From: Verrucomicrobiota bacterium
GTDB taxonomy: Bacteria > Verrucomicrobiota > Verrucomicrobiia > Limisphaerales > SXQI01
NCBI GenBank assembly: GCA_033762115.1
Contig: JANRLX010000111.1
Coordinates: 33,807 to 97,806 of the forward strand
Length of the DNA: 64,000 nt
Direction: 5' to 3'
Of the stretch, positions 28,187-37,083 are shown piece by piece. Numbering within the stretch: position 1 is the stretch's first letter; each line of letters starts with the position of its first letter. The notes beneath the pieces are model-generated. The model was not told the DNA's origin and searched no databases. It saw only the letters and a program-made list of their open reading frames with translations. The translations under genes and the position numbers were made by a program.

Positions 28187-28843
28187 ATGAAACCACAGGG
28201 AAGGGGATTTAGGGGTCTGGGTTTGCTGCTGCTGGCCTGCCTGTTGGTGACCGGCTGCCAGACAGTTTACTACCAGGCCTGGGAAAAATTCGGCAAAGAG
28301 AAACGTGACCTCCTCAAGGACAACGTCAAGGATGCTCGCAATGAACAGGAGCAGGCCGCCGAGCAATTCAAGGATGCCCTGACACGGTTAAAGGAAATGT
28401 ACGGTTTTCAGGGAGGTAATCTCGAAAAAGCATACGACAAGCTAAAGGCAGATTATGACCGCTCCGCCTCACGGGCCAAAGCTGTCTCCTCCCGCGTTGA
28501 AAAAGTGGAGCAAATCGCCACGGACCTGTTTGCAGAATGGGAAGCTGAAATCAAAAACATGAGCAATGACCGCCTGAGCGCAAACAGCCGCGCGCAACTC
28601 CGGCAGACTCGTGAAAAATATGAGTCCCTGCATGCTTCCATGAAAAAGGCTGAATCAAGCATGCAACCTGTATTAAAGCAGTTTCAGGATCAGGTGCTCT
28701 ACTTAAAGCATAATTTGAACGCGCAGGCGATCGGTTCCTTAAAAGGGGAAGCGGTTGATATTGAAAAGGAAATCCAGCGTTTAATTAAGGACGTCAATGC
28801 TTCGATTGCTGAAGCAGACGCTTTTATTCAAGGGATGGAGTAA
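28187..28843 (+). CDS. DUF2959 family lipoprotein
   Basis: VTGC lipobox; YY.AWEKFG.EKRD; LYLKHNLNAQAI. Confidence 0.85.
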   Translation: MKPQGRGFRGLGLLLLACLLVTGCQTVYYQAWEKFGKEKRDLLKDNVKDARNEQEQAAEQFKDALTRLKEMYGFQGGNLEKAYDKLKADYDRSASRAKAVSSRVEKVEQIATDLFAEWEAEIKNMSNDRLSANSRAQLRQTREKYESLHASMKKAESSMQPVLKQFQDQVLYLKHNLNAQAIGSLKGEAVDIEKEIQRLIKDVNASIAEADAFIQGME

Positions 28844-28960
28844 TTCAGCCGATTTTCTCTTGACCCTGAATAAGCAAGGGTTTAGCAAAAGTTCACGCAC
28901 TCGCCTGCGTTATCCCAGGCGTTTACACTAAAACCTCAACCCTAAGTTCGAATCAGTGCC

Positions 28961-29065
28961 ATGTATTGCAAACGGTGTTTGACTGAGCTCAAGCTTCAGA
29001 ACAATCGCTACGTGTGTCCTCGCTGCAAACCGAAAAAGCAGCAGCATCAGAAGAAACGTCGATAA
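28961..29065 (+). CDS. 34-aa zinc-finger microprotein (not in the ORF track)
   Basis: MYCKRCLTELKLQNNRYVCPRCKPKKQQHQKKRR*: CxxC-x12-CPxC plus a basic tail. Confidence 0.55.
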   Translation: MYCKRCLTELKLQNNRYVCPRCKPKKQQHQKKRR

Positions 29066-29207
29066 GGCGTCGAGTCGCTCAGGCATTCACTTTTCACGAA
29101 TCGGTTTTTGATGAACCGAAGCGGGCGCTTTTCTCTTGGCCTAATAAAACCGGCAGCCTCAATTGCCTCCGCCTCCTCCCCGTGCCATCTTTCCTAAGGA
29201 GGATTTT

Positions 29208-29477
29208 ATGGATGAAACAAATGTGGCAGGGATGGATGAGGAACTGCTTTGGGCGACTAAATCATTTGCCATTGAGGGAATGACCTGTGACCGCTGTGTC
29301 GAAAAAGTCACTCGTACTTTGCAGCAATTGAACGGGGTTAAAGCGACCGAAGTGAACTTGCAGGACGCAAAGGTCACCGTCACCTTCGACACCACAAAAA
29401 CTGATGTACCGACATTGCACGAAGCACTGTTGCGAACCGGTTACCGCCCCGCCTTGCGAGTCAACGGCAATAATTAA
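29208..29477 (+). CDS. heavy-metal-associated (CopZ-like) protein
   Basis: AGGAGG RBS before ATG 29208; IEGMTCDRC metal-binding motif; GY loop. Confidence 0.88.
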   Translation: MDETNVAGMDEELLWATKSFAIEGMTCDRCVEKVTRTLQQLNGVKATEVNLQDAKVTVTFDTTKTDVPTLHEALLRTGYRPALRVNGNN

Positions 29478-29551
29478 ATACAGAGGGTCAAAGGGGCAGG
29501 GAAGGCCTGATTTCATTCATTTTAGGAAGCCCCAAAAATTTCCTCCTAATT

Positions 29552-29608
29552 ACTAAAAAATTAGTTGACGAAAATTCGCACTTTGATTTTAATTACTAAA
29601 TCCTTAGT
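29552..29608 (+). promoter_or_regulatory. sigma-70 promoter bracketed by two BlaI-type operators
   Basis: ACTAA-N4-TTAGT at 29552-29565 and 29595-29608; TTGACG (29565) - 17 nt - TTTAAT (29588). Confidence 0.75.
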
Positions 29609-29621
29609 TTAAACATCCTGT

Positions 29622-30014
29622 ATGCCTCGTAAAAAATCAAAAACATTGACCGACGCAGAGCATCGCATCATGGAGGTTCTCTGGAAAAAAGGTTCCGCTA
29701 CTGTCGCCGAAGTCGCTGAGGAACTCGCCGGAAAGGATGGGTCAGCCTATACCACCATTCTTACCTTGATGAGGATTCTCAAGGACAAAGGGTACCTCAC
29801 AACCAGGAAAGAGGGACGTGCCCTTGTGTTTACCACCCAGGTGGACCGGGAAACTGCCGCTCGAAAAGCGGTCCGTCAGCTTCTCACCAAATTTTTTGCC
29901 GGATCGCCCGGAGAACTGGTCCTTGCATTTCTGCGCGAGGATGAAATCAGTGCCGAAGAATTGGATGAGTTGAAGAAAAAAATCAAGGAAACCGGAGGAG
30001 TTAATGAAAAATGA
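29622..30014 (+). CDS. BlaI/MecI/CopY family repressor
   Basis: LTDAE..IMEVLW, AYTTILT, KGYL...KEGRA, FFAGS. Confidence 0.92.
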   Translation: MPRKKSKTLTDAEHRIMEVLWKKGSATVAEVAEELAGKDGSAYTTILTLMRILKDKGYLTTRKEGRALVFTTQVDRETAARKAVRQLLTKFFAGSPGELVLAFLREDEISAEELDELKKKIKETGGVNEK

Positions 30015-32091
30015 ACTTCAAAACTGGACCGACTTGCTCCTGGTCGCCCTCGCGAATGGGATTTTGCAGGGAATGGTTCTCACCTTCGTCGTTGGGCTTG
30101 GGTTGAAACTGGTCCCGCGCCTGAACGCGACAACCCGCCATGCCGTTCTCTTTTGCACGTTAATCATTGTCACGGCATTGCCATTTGCGAACTTTCTGAA
30201 TCGCTCTCAATCCGTTCCTGCTGAGCCAAAGGTTCAAACTCCATTGGCGATGGAAACGTTTCATTCCTCTGAAAACCAGCTCCCATTCAATCAGGAAACC
30301 GAAAGTTACGTTGCCGCTGAGATGACTATTAATACAGCCGAGGGTTCTCAACCGGACATTGTTCAGGATGGGGAAGTCATCGCTGAAACTGCGGAAATAG
30401 AAAATTCCGACCCCGCTCCAACCGCTTTGGAATCGGCTGCGCCTGCGCTACCGCCCCATCAGATTGAACCGGTTTCGGTGGAAGTTCCACACCTTTGGGA
30501 GAATTTGCTGTCCAGTTTTCCCGCCATTTCTCGCGAGTGGAGCGTTGCAGTTCCAAATTGGTTTGGAGTCAGCCTGTTAAGTGGGCTGGCGCTGATCGCA
30601 TTGATCCGGCTGGGCCGATTGATCATGCAATTGGAACAATTGCGAAAGCTCAAGCAAACCGCTTCTTCGCCGAACGAACAGCTTACCGCCCTTTTCCTCA
30701 AGCTGACGGGGGAAAAACAATTTAAACGAGCGCCGGTCCTGGCGATCTCGCAACAGGCCCAGGCCCCCATGTTGGTCGGGTTTCGGCACCCCGCCGTAAT
30801 TCTTCCCACTGCGCTTGCGCAGGACACCGTAGGAATTGAGCAGATCCTGCGACATGAACTGGCCCATCTGGATCGGGATGATGATTGGAGCAACCTGGCT
30901 CAGCAACTGGTCAAAAGCCTTTTCTTTGTTCAACCAGCCGTGCACTGGCTTTCGCGCCGCCTGACTATCGAGAGGGAGATTGCCTGTGACGATCATGTTC
31001 TCGCCGCCATCCAGGCGCCCCATGCTTATGCACTCCTCCTCGCCGAATTTGCCGCTCAGCACCGGAATCAAGTCACGCTTTCAGCAGCGCCCGCTGCCTG
31101 GAGCAAAACAAGTCAACTCAAGGAAAGAATCAATATGATATTAAACTCTCAAAGAAACTCCTCGCCTCGCCTTTCCCGCGTGGGGGTGGGGTTGCTCAGC
31201 GTCGCCGCAATAATTGTCGCGGCTTTGGTCATGGCTGGGCCGCGTCTGATTATTGCCGACGAGGCACAGCCTGAACAGGTGGATGAAACATCCATTAAAG
31301 AGGAGTCCGCCAGTGAAGTGAGTGCCCCTGTGGAAACGACCATTTCCGCCAATGGGCAGGATCTGGTCGTCACGGCGCCCAATGTGGAAACCACCATTCA
31401 TTTTTCGCATGGTGATCTTGCGCAGGCTTCCGCGCCACGCCACAAACCACATCCTTACCCAATGCCCACCCCTGCCCACCCTGGTGCAGCAAATCCCCAC
31501 CCTGCCCCGGAACCTCCTGAAGCTCCTGACATCCCCTCTGCGGACATTTCAAAACCTGGAGGTTCAAAAGGCTATTTCGGGCACGATGCAGACACCCATG
31601 AACGATTGGGCCGATTGGAACGGCAGGTGCAGGAGCTGCTCAGGCAGCGCGGTTCTGCCGGAGGCTCTGCATTCAGTTACCACGGATCCGAAAAGGGACC
31701 CTACTTCGATCCTGCAAGGGATATCATCAGTAAAGAGCAGATCGCCGAGATTGAAAAACAGGCCCGGAAAGCGGCTGAGCAGGCTGATCGTGAAGTGAAA
31801 GAGGCAATGAAGCATTTTGATCATTCCAAAAATTCTGCCAAAGCTCAGGCCCACGCTTGGGATTCTCAGGAGCGTGCCCGGAAGCGGATTGCAGCGGAGC
31901 GGCAATTGCTTCAGCAGCGCCAGAAAGCCCTGGAAATGGAGGCCAACCATCTGGAGCGGCAGATCGAACAACTCGAGCAGGAGGAAGAAAAGCTGGAGGA
32001 GCAACGCAACGAACAGTTTCAGCAGGGAGAAGAGAAGCGTCGGGAAGAGGAAAGTAAAAAGAACAAATCCAGCGTAACAGCGCCTTTCTGA
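30004..32091 (+). CDS. M56 (BlaR1-type) metallopeptidase / anti-repressor
   Basis: ILRHELAH, EREIACDD, LKERI; Pro-rich and coiled-coil C-terminus. Confidence 0.88.
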   Translation: MKNELQNWTDLLLVALANGILQGMVLTFVVGLGLKLVPRLNATTRHAVLFCTLIIVTALPFANFLNRSQSVPAEPKVQTPLAMETFHSSENQLPFNQETESYVAAEMTINTAEGSQPDIVQDGEVIAETAEIENSDPAPTALESAAPALPPHQIEPVSVEVPHLWENLLSSFPAISREWSVAVPNWFGVSLLSGLALIALIRLGRLIMQLEQLRKLKQTASSPNEQLTALFLKLTGEKQFKRAPVLAISQQAQAPMLVGFRHPAVILPTALAQDTVGIEQILRHELAHLDRDDDWSNLAQQLVKSLFFVQPAVHWLSRRLTIEREIACDDHVLAAIQAPHAYALLLAEFAAQHRNQVTLSAAPAAWSKTSQLKERINMILNSQRNSSPRLSRVGVGLLSVAAIIVAALVMAGPRLIIADEAQPEQVDETSIKEESASEVSAPVETTISANGQDLVVTAPNVETTIHFSHGDLAQASAPRHKPHPYPMPTPAHPGAANPHPAPEPPEAPDIPSADISKPGGSKGYFGHDADTHERLGRLERQVQELLRQRGSAGGSAFSYHGSEKGPYFDPARDIISKEQIAEIEKQARKAAEQADREVKEAMKHFDHSKNSAKAQAHAWDSQERARKRIAAERQLLQQRQKALEMEANHLERQIEQLEQEEEKLEEQRNEQFQQGEEKRREEESKKNKSSVTAPF

Positions 32092-32176
32092 GATAACCTC
32101 CAGCCTTCTGATTCACTTTGGAGGCAGGTACATATTCCATACCTGCTTCCAAAAACGGAAAATCCCTTCCACCCTT

Positions 32177-33316
32177 ATGAAACTGCTTCCTCCGCCTCAG
32201 GCGCAACAAATCACCCCGGCTGTCCACCTCGAATTTATCCAGAACCAGGCTCATGTGGCTGATGGCAAAGGTCTGGAAGAAATCGAAAATTACCATCGGT
32301 CTCTCTTTTTACATGAGCACGCGGCTGAGATCGAACGGGCTCATCAGGAAGTGCGCATTCATCAGGATCGCCTGACACATTTGCAGCAGCGGCTGGATCA
32401 GACCCAGGCCCGCCTTGTCACTTTGGACCCACATATTCCTGCCATGCAGGATGGTGAAGCCGACGTTAAACCGACCGCTCCCTGGAATTTCTGGGACCGC
32501 ACAATGTTTGCCTCAGCTTTTTTGGCGATCCTCGTTCTGATGGTATTTGGTGTGTTGAACATTTCCTTCAACCTCCTGGAATCCGGGCTTGTCACCTTCA
32601 TTGAAAGCCCTGTCCGCGCCTACTTTTGGGCGGCGCTGCTGCCCATCGGGGCATTGGGAGTGAAAGTGGGTTGGGATTGCCTGCGGAACGCGCGGCTTCG
32701 CGATATTTACCTCTGGTCCAGTTTGGCTGTCGGCGTCCTGGCAGTGCTCGTCTGGGTGGCGGCTTATTCTGCGATCTACCCCACTCTTTCCAGGAGCACA
32801 GCCGAACAGATCGAATCACTCAGTGTCTTCGATGAAAAACAACCGAAGGAGTCCGGCTTGCTGGGAATGAATTCCGCCGGAACGAAATGGGTTGATATCA
32901 TCGCCGTCGCTTCCCAGGCCATCGCCGAAATTTTTCTCTCCGCTGTCCTCGGGATGTACATGACCACTCTTTATAATCGGCATCGACCGGTCCAACTGGC
33001 TTCCAACCCATTGTTCACGCAGGTGGAGAAAGAGCGGTTGTCATTGCAGCAAAGCGTCGCCACTGAACGTACCGCGCTGGCCCAGGCTCTTGGCGTAAAA
33101 AGCCGGTTGGAAAATCAACTGTCTGCGCTGGTCGCCTACGCAAAATCAATTTACCAAAAGGAAACAGCATTGATTCGCGATCAGGTGCATCAAAAAAATG
33201 TGCTTCTCGAACAAATCTCAACGCAGTTGCGCACCCAACTTGAAACATTCGAGCAGGGGCGAAATGGAAATGGACACGGCAAATCTTCATTGATCTCAGG
33301 AAGGAGCGCAGAATGA
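32177..33316 (+). CDS. hypothetical membrane protein (4 TM, flanking coiled coils)
   Basis: 379-aa ORF with hydrophobic segments; ATGA overlap with the next gene. Confidence 0.7.
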   Translation: MKLLPPPQAQQITPAVHLEFIQNQAHVADGKGLEEIENYHRSLFLHEHAAEIERAHQEVRIHQDRLTHLQQRLDQTQARLVTLDPHIPAMQDGEADVKPTAPWNFWDRTMFASAFLAILVLMVFGVLNISFNLLESGLVTFIESPVRAYFWAALLPIGALGVKVGWDCLRNARLRDIYLWSSLAVGVLAVLVWVAAYSAIYPTLSRSTAEQIESLSVFDEKQPKESGLLGMNSAGTKWVDIIAVASQAIAEIFLSAVLGMYMTTLYNRHRPVQLASNPLFTQVEKERLSLQQSVATERTALAQALGVKSRLENQLSALVAYAKSIYQKETALIRDQVHQKNVLLEQISTQLRTQLETFEQGRNGNGHGKSSLISGRSAE

Positions 33317-34623
33317 ATTTTCGAAATCTAATCGTTGCGACACTGCTGGTTTTCTTCACGGCGATCTCGCACGCAATCGAAAACGCCAGGGCCAAAACGC
33401 GTTACGTTGTGGGGCTTTCACCCTTTTTGGAAAAATCCTCCAAGGATGAGGTTTATCGGCGAGTCGCAACCTTGTTGGTCGAAGATCTTCCCATTCATTC
33501 TTCTCTGACACTTTATGATGCCTACCATCTCCGCACGATTACCACCTTCGAAATTCCCGATGTCTTGGCTTTTAAAACAGGCAGAACACGGGCGGCGCAA
33601 TTCAAGGGGGAATTTCGCAAATTAAAGGAATTCCTTGCCAGCGAATCCGCCCGGCCCAAAACAGAACTTGATTTGAACGGCGCGGTTCGGCTTCCACAGT
33701 TCCTTGACTTTGTCGCGGAGCATCAGGTCAGGGAAGCTTCCCCACTCACGATGATTATCCTCGGTTCTCCACTTTACCTGGACCAGAAGGAACCCGGCTT
33801 TTCTATGGTCAACGGCTTTTTCCCTTCTGATGGACATCTGCTTGCCACTCGTGAGCAATCCATCTACGGAGCCAAAAATCGTTCAGGACTCCTCAACAAC
33901 CTCTCCCTTCATTTCGGTTATTTTGGCGATCCCTGGTTGAGCGAATTGCATCAGGAAAAGATTGGCCGGTTCTGGTCTCTTTATCTCAAGGAACAAGGCG
34001 CGGTTCTCTCCACCTTCACCTCGGATCTCGCTACCGTATTCAAAGCAGCGGCTTCGGAGAGAGGCGAAATCCGCCGAAATTACGCAGAGTTGGACCGGAC
34101 TGCCTCCAAGCTCGAAATGTTGCGAATCACTCGGGACATCGGAGTCACCGATTGGATTACCCGCGAGTTGCCCGCCAACCTGCCTCAACCACCTCCCGGC
34201 AAAACTGTTGGGCCGATGAAGATCGGGATTCGCTGGCAGGGCAATCTCGACCTCGATTTGTATGCGAGCGCAACCCCCGATTCCGAAACCCTTTTTTTCG
34301 AGCACACCCGTGCCCCCGAGGGATACTATTTTAAAGACCACCGCTCCTCCCCGGAGCGTGAGTATGAGTTTATTGAATTCGAAACGCCCGTTGATCTTTT
34401 CAAGCTGCAGGCGAGTATCAACTTTTACCACGGCGATGCCCCGAACGGGGCGACTGGCGAAGTGCGGATCGAATTTGACGGGCGGATTTACACCGGTTCA
34501 TTTACCATTCCTGCTCGGCATGGAAATGAAGGAAGAACAGGCCGTCACCAGCAGGATTTCTGGACGAAAATTGATCTTCTTAAAATCCTGAAACTCACCC
34601 CGGCCACAGCTGCGGGGTTGTGA
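33313..34623 (+). CDS. secreted hypothetical protein with a YfaP/DUF2135-like C-terminal motif
   Basis: Signal peptide; IGIRWQGNLDLDLY resembles the L.W....DLDL motif. Confidence 0.6.
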   Translation: MNFRNLIVATLLVFFTAISHAIENARAKTRYVVGLSPFLEKSSKDEVYRRVATLLVEDLPIHSSLTLYDAYHLRTITTFEIPDVLAFKTGRTRAAQFKGEFRKLKEFLASESARPKTELDLNGAVRLPQFLDFVAEHQVREASPLTMIILGSPLYLDQKEPGFSMVNGFFPSDGHLLATREQSIYGAKNRSGLLNNLSLHFGYFGDPWLSELHQEKIGRFWSLYLKEQGAVLSTFTSDLATVFKAAASERGEIRRNYAELDRTASKLEMLRITRDIGVTDWITRELPANLPQPPPGKTVGPMKIGIRWQGNLDLDLYASATPDSETLFFEHTRAPEGYYFKDHRSSPEREYEFIEFETPVDLFKLQASINFYHGDAPNGATGEVRIEFDGRIYTGSFTIPARHGNEGRTGRHQQDFWTKIDLLKILKLTPATAAGL

Positions 34624-34626
34624 TGC

Positions 34627-35535
34627 TTACTTTTTGATAAACTGGCTTTCGATAAGCCATTTTTCAACCAGCATAGGCCATTCGGAAACATTCTTGCCGA
34701 TCTTGCGAAGACCATACCCATGGCCACCGCTCGGATATATATGTAGTTCGGCGGGAACACCCGCCTTCTTCAACGCAAGATAATAAAAGAGGCTGTTCTC
34801 CACCCGCACCGAGTCATCTCCAGTCTGCACAATAAAGGTAGGAGGAGTGGCTGCGGAGACTTTCATTTCAGGACTCAATTCCTCCGGTTTCTCTTTGTTG
34901 GTCAGGTAGGCTGAATAAATCAACACGGTGAAATCAGGCCGGGCGCTGAGTTTATCCGCTGCATCAATCAGCTGATAGGAACGTTCCTGGAAATTGTTGC
35001 TCGTTACCGCGGAAAGGTGGCCCCCTGCCGAAAACCCAAGGATACCCACGCGCTTTTCATCAATCCCCCAATTCTTAGCCTGCTGACGAATCAGGCCGAG
35101 CGCCCGTTGAGCATCCTGCATCGGCGCAAGATGCCGTTCCTGCCCTTTCCTCGCTGGAACACGATATTTCAAGAGAACCGCATTGACCCCAATCGAGTTC
35201 AGCCATTCGCAGATCTCCGTTCCTTCAAGGTCCATCGCCAGGATGTGATATCCACCACCGGGGCAGACCAGCACCGTCGCGCCACTGTTCTTTTCCTTCG
35301 CTGCGGGATAGAACGTTATCGTGGGCACAGAGACATTCCCCAATCGCACCACTCTCTGGCCAGCCACCAATCCTCCCTTTTCATCAGTGGTGTCTTTTTC
35401 CTCTCCGATCGTTCCTTGCTCGCCAGGTGGCGTCCCTGGCCAAAGTGCGATGGGCTCCAATGGTACTGCTATCAGGCTGGTCATAACGGAAATCAGGGAA
35501 AACGCCGTGACGAGAAGGAAAATTCGAACGTGCAT
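34627..35535 (-). CDS. alpha/beta hydrolase (secreted esterase, BD-FAE/xylan esterase-like)
   Basis: PGGGY oxyanion motif, GFSAGG nucleophile, GGHGYG. Confidence 0.88.
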   Translation of the reverse strand: MHVRIFLLVTAFSLISVMTSLIAVPLEPIALWPGTPPGEQGTIGEEKDTTDEKGGLVAGQRVVRLGNVSVPTITFYPAAKEKNSGATVLVCPGGGYHILAMDLEGTEICEWLNSIGVNAVLLKYRVPARKGQERHLAPMQDAQRALGLIRQQAKNWGIDEKRVGILGFSAGGHLSAVTSNNFQERSYQLIDAADKLSARPDFTVLIYSAYLTNKEKPEELSPEMKVSAATPPTFIVQTGDDSVRVENSLFYYLALKKAGVPAELHIYPSGGHGYGLRKIGKNVSEWPMLVEKWLIESQFIKK

Positions 35536-35657
35536 TCCGCCATGAAATTGGATTTGAGGGAACGAGCAAGAAAAATAGCTGCCCTCCCTTAATCATGGGA
35601 GCAGCAGCTTCTTTCAAACCGCTTCCGAGGCGGAAGCGACCATATGATCAAATGAAC

Positions 35658-36047
35658 TTACTTGCGACGCGCGCAACGGGATGCCTGGATGCTTTTGACC
35701 GCAAACATCGCCAGTGGCAGCAGGCTGTGGATAAACTCAAACTTCACAGCAGTTTTCAGCGGGTCGCGTCCATCCACAGGCCGTTCCTCAGGCTGGTGTG
35801 AGGCAGGTGTGTGCCGTCCCCGAGGCACCATCATTCCCAAAATAAATGCGACTCCTGCTGCAATCCCTATTGAAGTCCATGCATTTGCATGCACGTACTC
35901 ATCCGTGCGCAACGCTGCATATTTTCCCTTCTCTCTGGCGGCCATCTGTAATTCATTCAGCGTGAACTTGCCGCTCCTGATTCCGTCTCGCACCTTCTCG
36001 CTCACAGAATGCAGGTGAGCAGCACTTTTCTCCATGATTTTAGGCAT
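35658..36047 (-). CDS. DUF883 (ElaB/YqjD-like) protein
   Basis: TDEYVHANAWTSIGIAAGV motif; RBS before ATG 36047. Confidence 0.7.
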   Translation of the reverse strand: MPKIMEKSAAHLHSVSEKVRDGIRSGKFTLNELQMAAREKGKYAALRTDEYVHANAWTSIGIAAGVAFILGMMVPRGRHTPASHQPEERPVDGRDPLKTAVKFEFIHSLLPLAMFAVKSIQASRCARRK

Positions 36048-36128
36048 AAACCTTCCTTTCCATGGAATCAAGATAACGTGTCCCCGCAGGATGAAAATCA
36101 GGGGAAAACCGGATCAATCGTTCCGATA

Positions 36129-37067
36129 TCACCTGTGAACTGAAACCTGTTTGTGCGCTTCACCGGCTTCACGTGCCAGCAGCAAGGCTCCGCGCGGCAC
36201 CACATCCTCGCCAAGCTTCGCCAGCGCAATTCGCGGACCGGGATAAAAAGCTTCCATCAAATAGTTTGCCAGGAATCGCTCCACCGTCGAAACCAGCAAC
36301 TCACCCATGAGTGACAATCCTCCACCCAAAACCACACTTTGCGGATGACATAAATGAATCACGTGTGACAAGCCAAACGCCAGGTCATCGCAGGTCTCTT
36401 GCAGGATTCGCATGGCCACTGGATCAGCCCGTTGAACTGCGGTTGCCAGATGGCGTGCCTCACCCCCTTCTGCTGTGACCAGGGTTTTGAGCAAACTGTT
36501 CTCTCTGCTTGCGAGTGCCTCACGAATTTTCCGGTCCACCGCCCATCCACTGCAACTCTCCTCCAGAATGCGCCCATCCTTTCCAAGACGCAAATGCCCG
36601 ATCTCCGCTTCCCCAGGCACAGCGCCATGATAGATTCGATTCTCCACCACCAATCCACCTCCGACACCGCTGCCCATTGTAATGTAGAAAACGGGATTAA
36701 ATCCAATTCCTGAACCAAGCAACGCTTCAGCCAATGCAGCCGTGTTCGCGTCATTATCCACCCTTACCGGTGCTTTGGTTAATTCGAAAAGCCACTCTGA
36801 AATCGGAAACTCCGACCAACCCTCGATTTGGTGTGAACAGGCTATCTTCCCTGTTTGCCAGTTCACCGGCCCGCCAAAACCGACTCCCACTCCTTTTAAC
36901 AATTTCCCTTCCAGCAACCCGGGCAACGCGCTGCTAATCTGGTAACGAATCCCTTCCCCACCTTTGCTTCGCTCCACGTTAAGGCGGACCCTCTGAATAA
37001 TCTCCGCTGACTCATTCCCCAAAACCAACTGCAACTTGGTCCCGCCAATTTCAATTCCTAAATACAT
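36129..37067 (-). CDS. ROK family sugar kinase
   Basis: GIEIGGTK, DNDANTAALAE, GSGVGGG, EIGH. Confidence 0.9.
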   Translation of the reverse strand: MYLGIEIGGTKLQLVLGNESAEIIQRVRLNVERSKGGEGIRYQISSALPGLLEGKLLKGVGVGFGGPVNWQTGKIACSHQIEGWSEFPISEWLFELTKAPVRVDNDANTAALAEALLGSGIGFNPVFYITMGSGVGGGLVVENRIYHGAVPGEAEIGHLRLGKDGRILEESCSGWAVDRKIREALASRENSLLKTLVTAEGGEARHLATAVQRADPVAMRILQETCDDLAFGLSHVIHLCHPQSVVLGGGLSLMGELLVSTVERFLANYLMEAFYPGPRIALAKLGEDVVPRGALLLAREAGEAHKQVSVHR

Positions 37068-37083
37068 CGAAGAAAATTCCACA

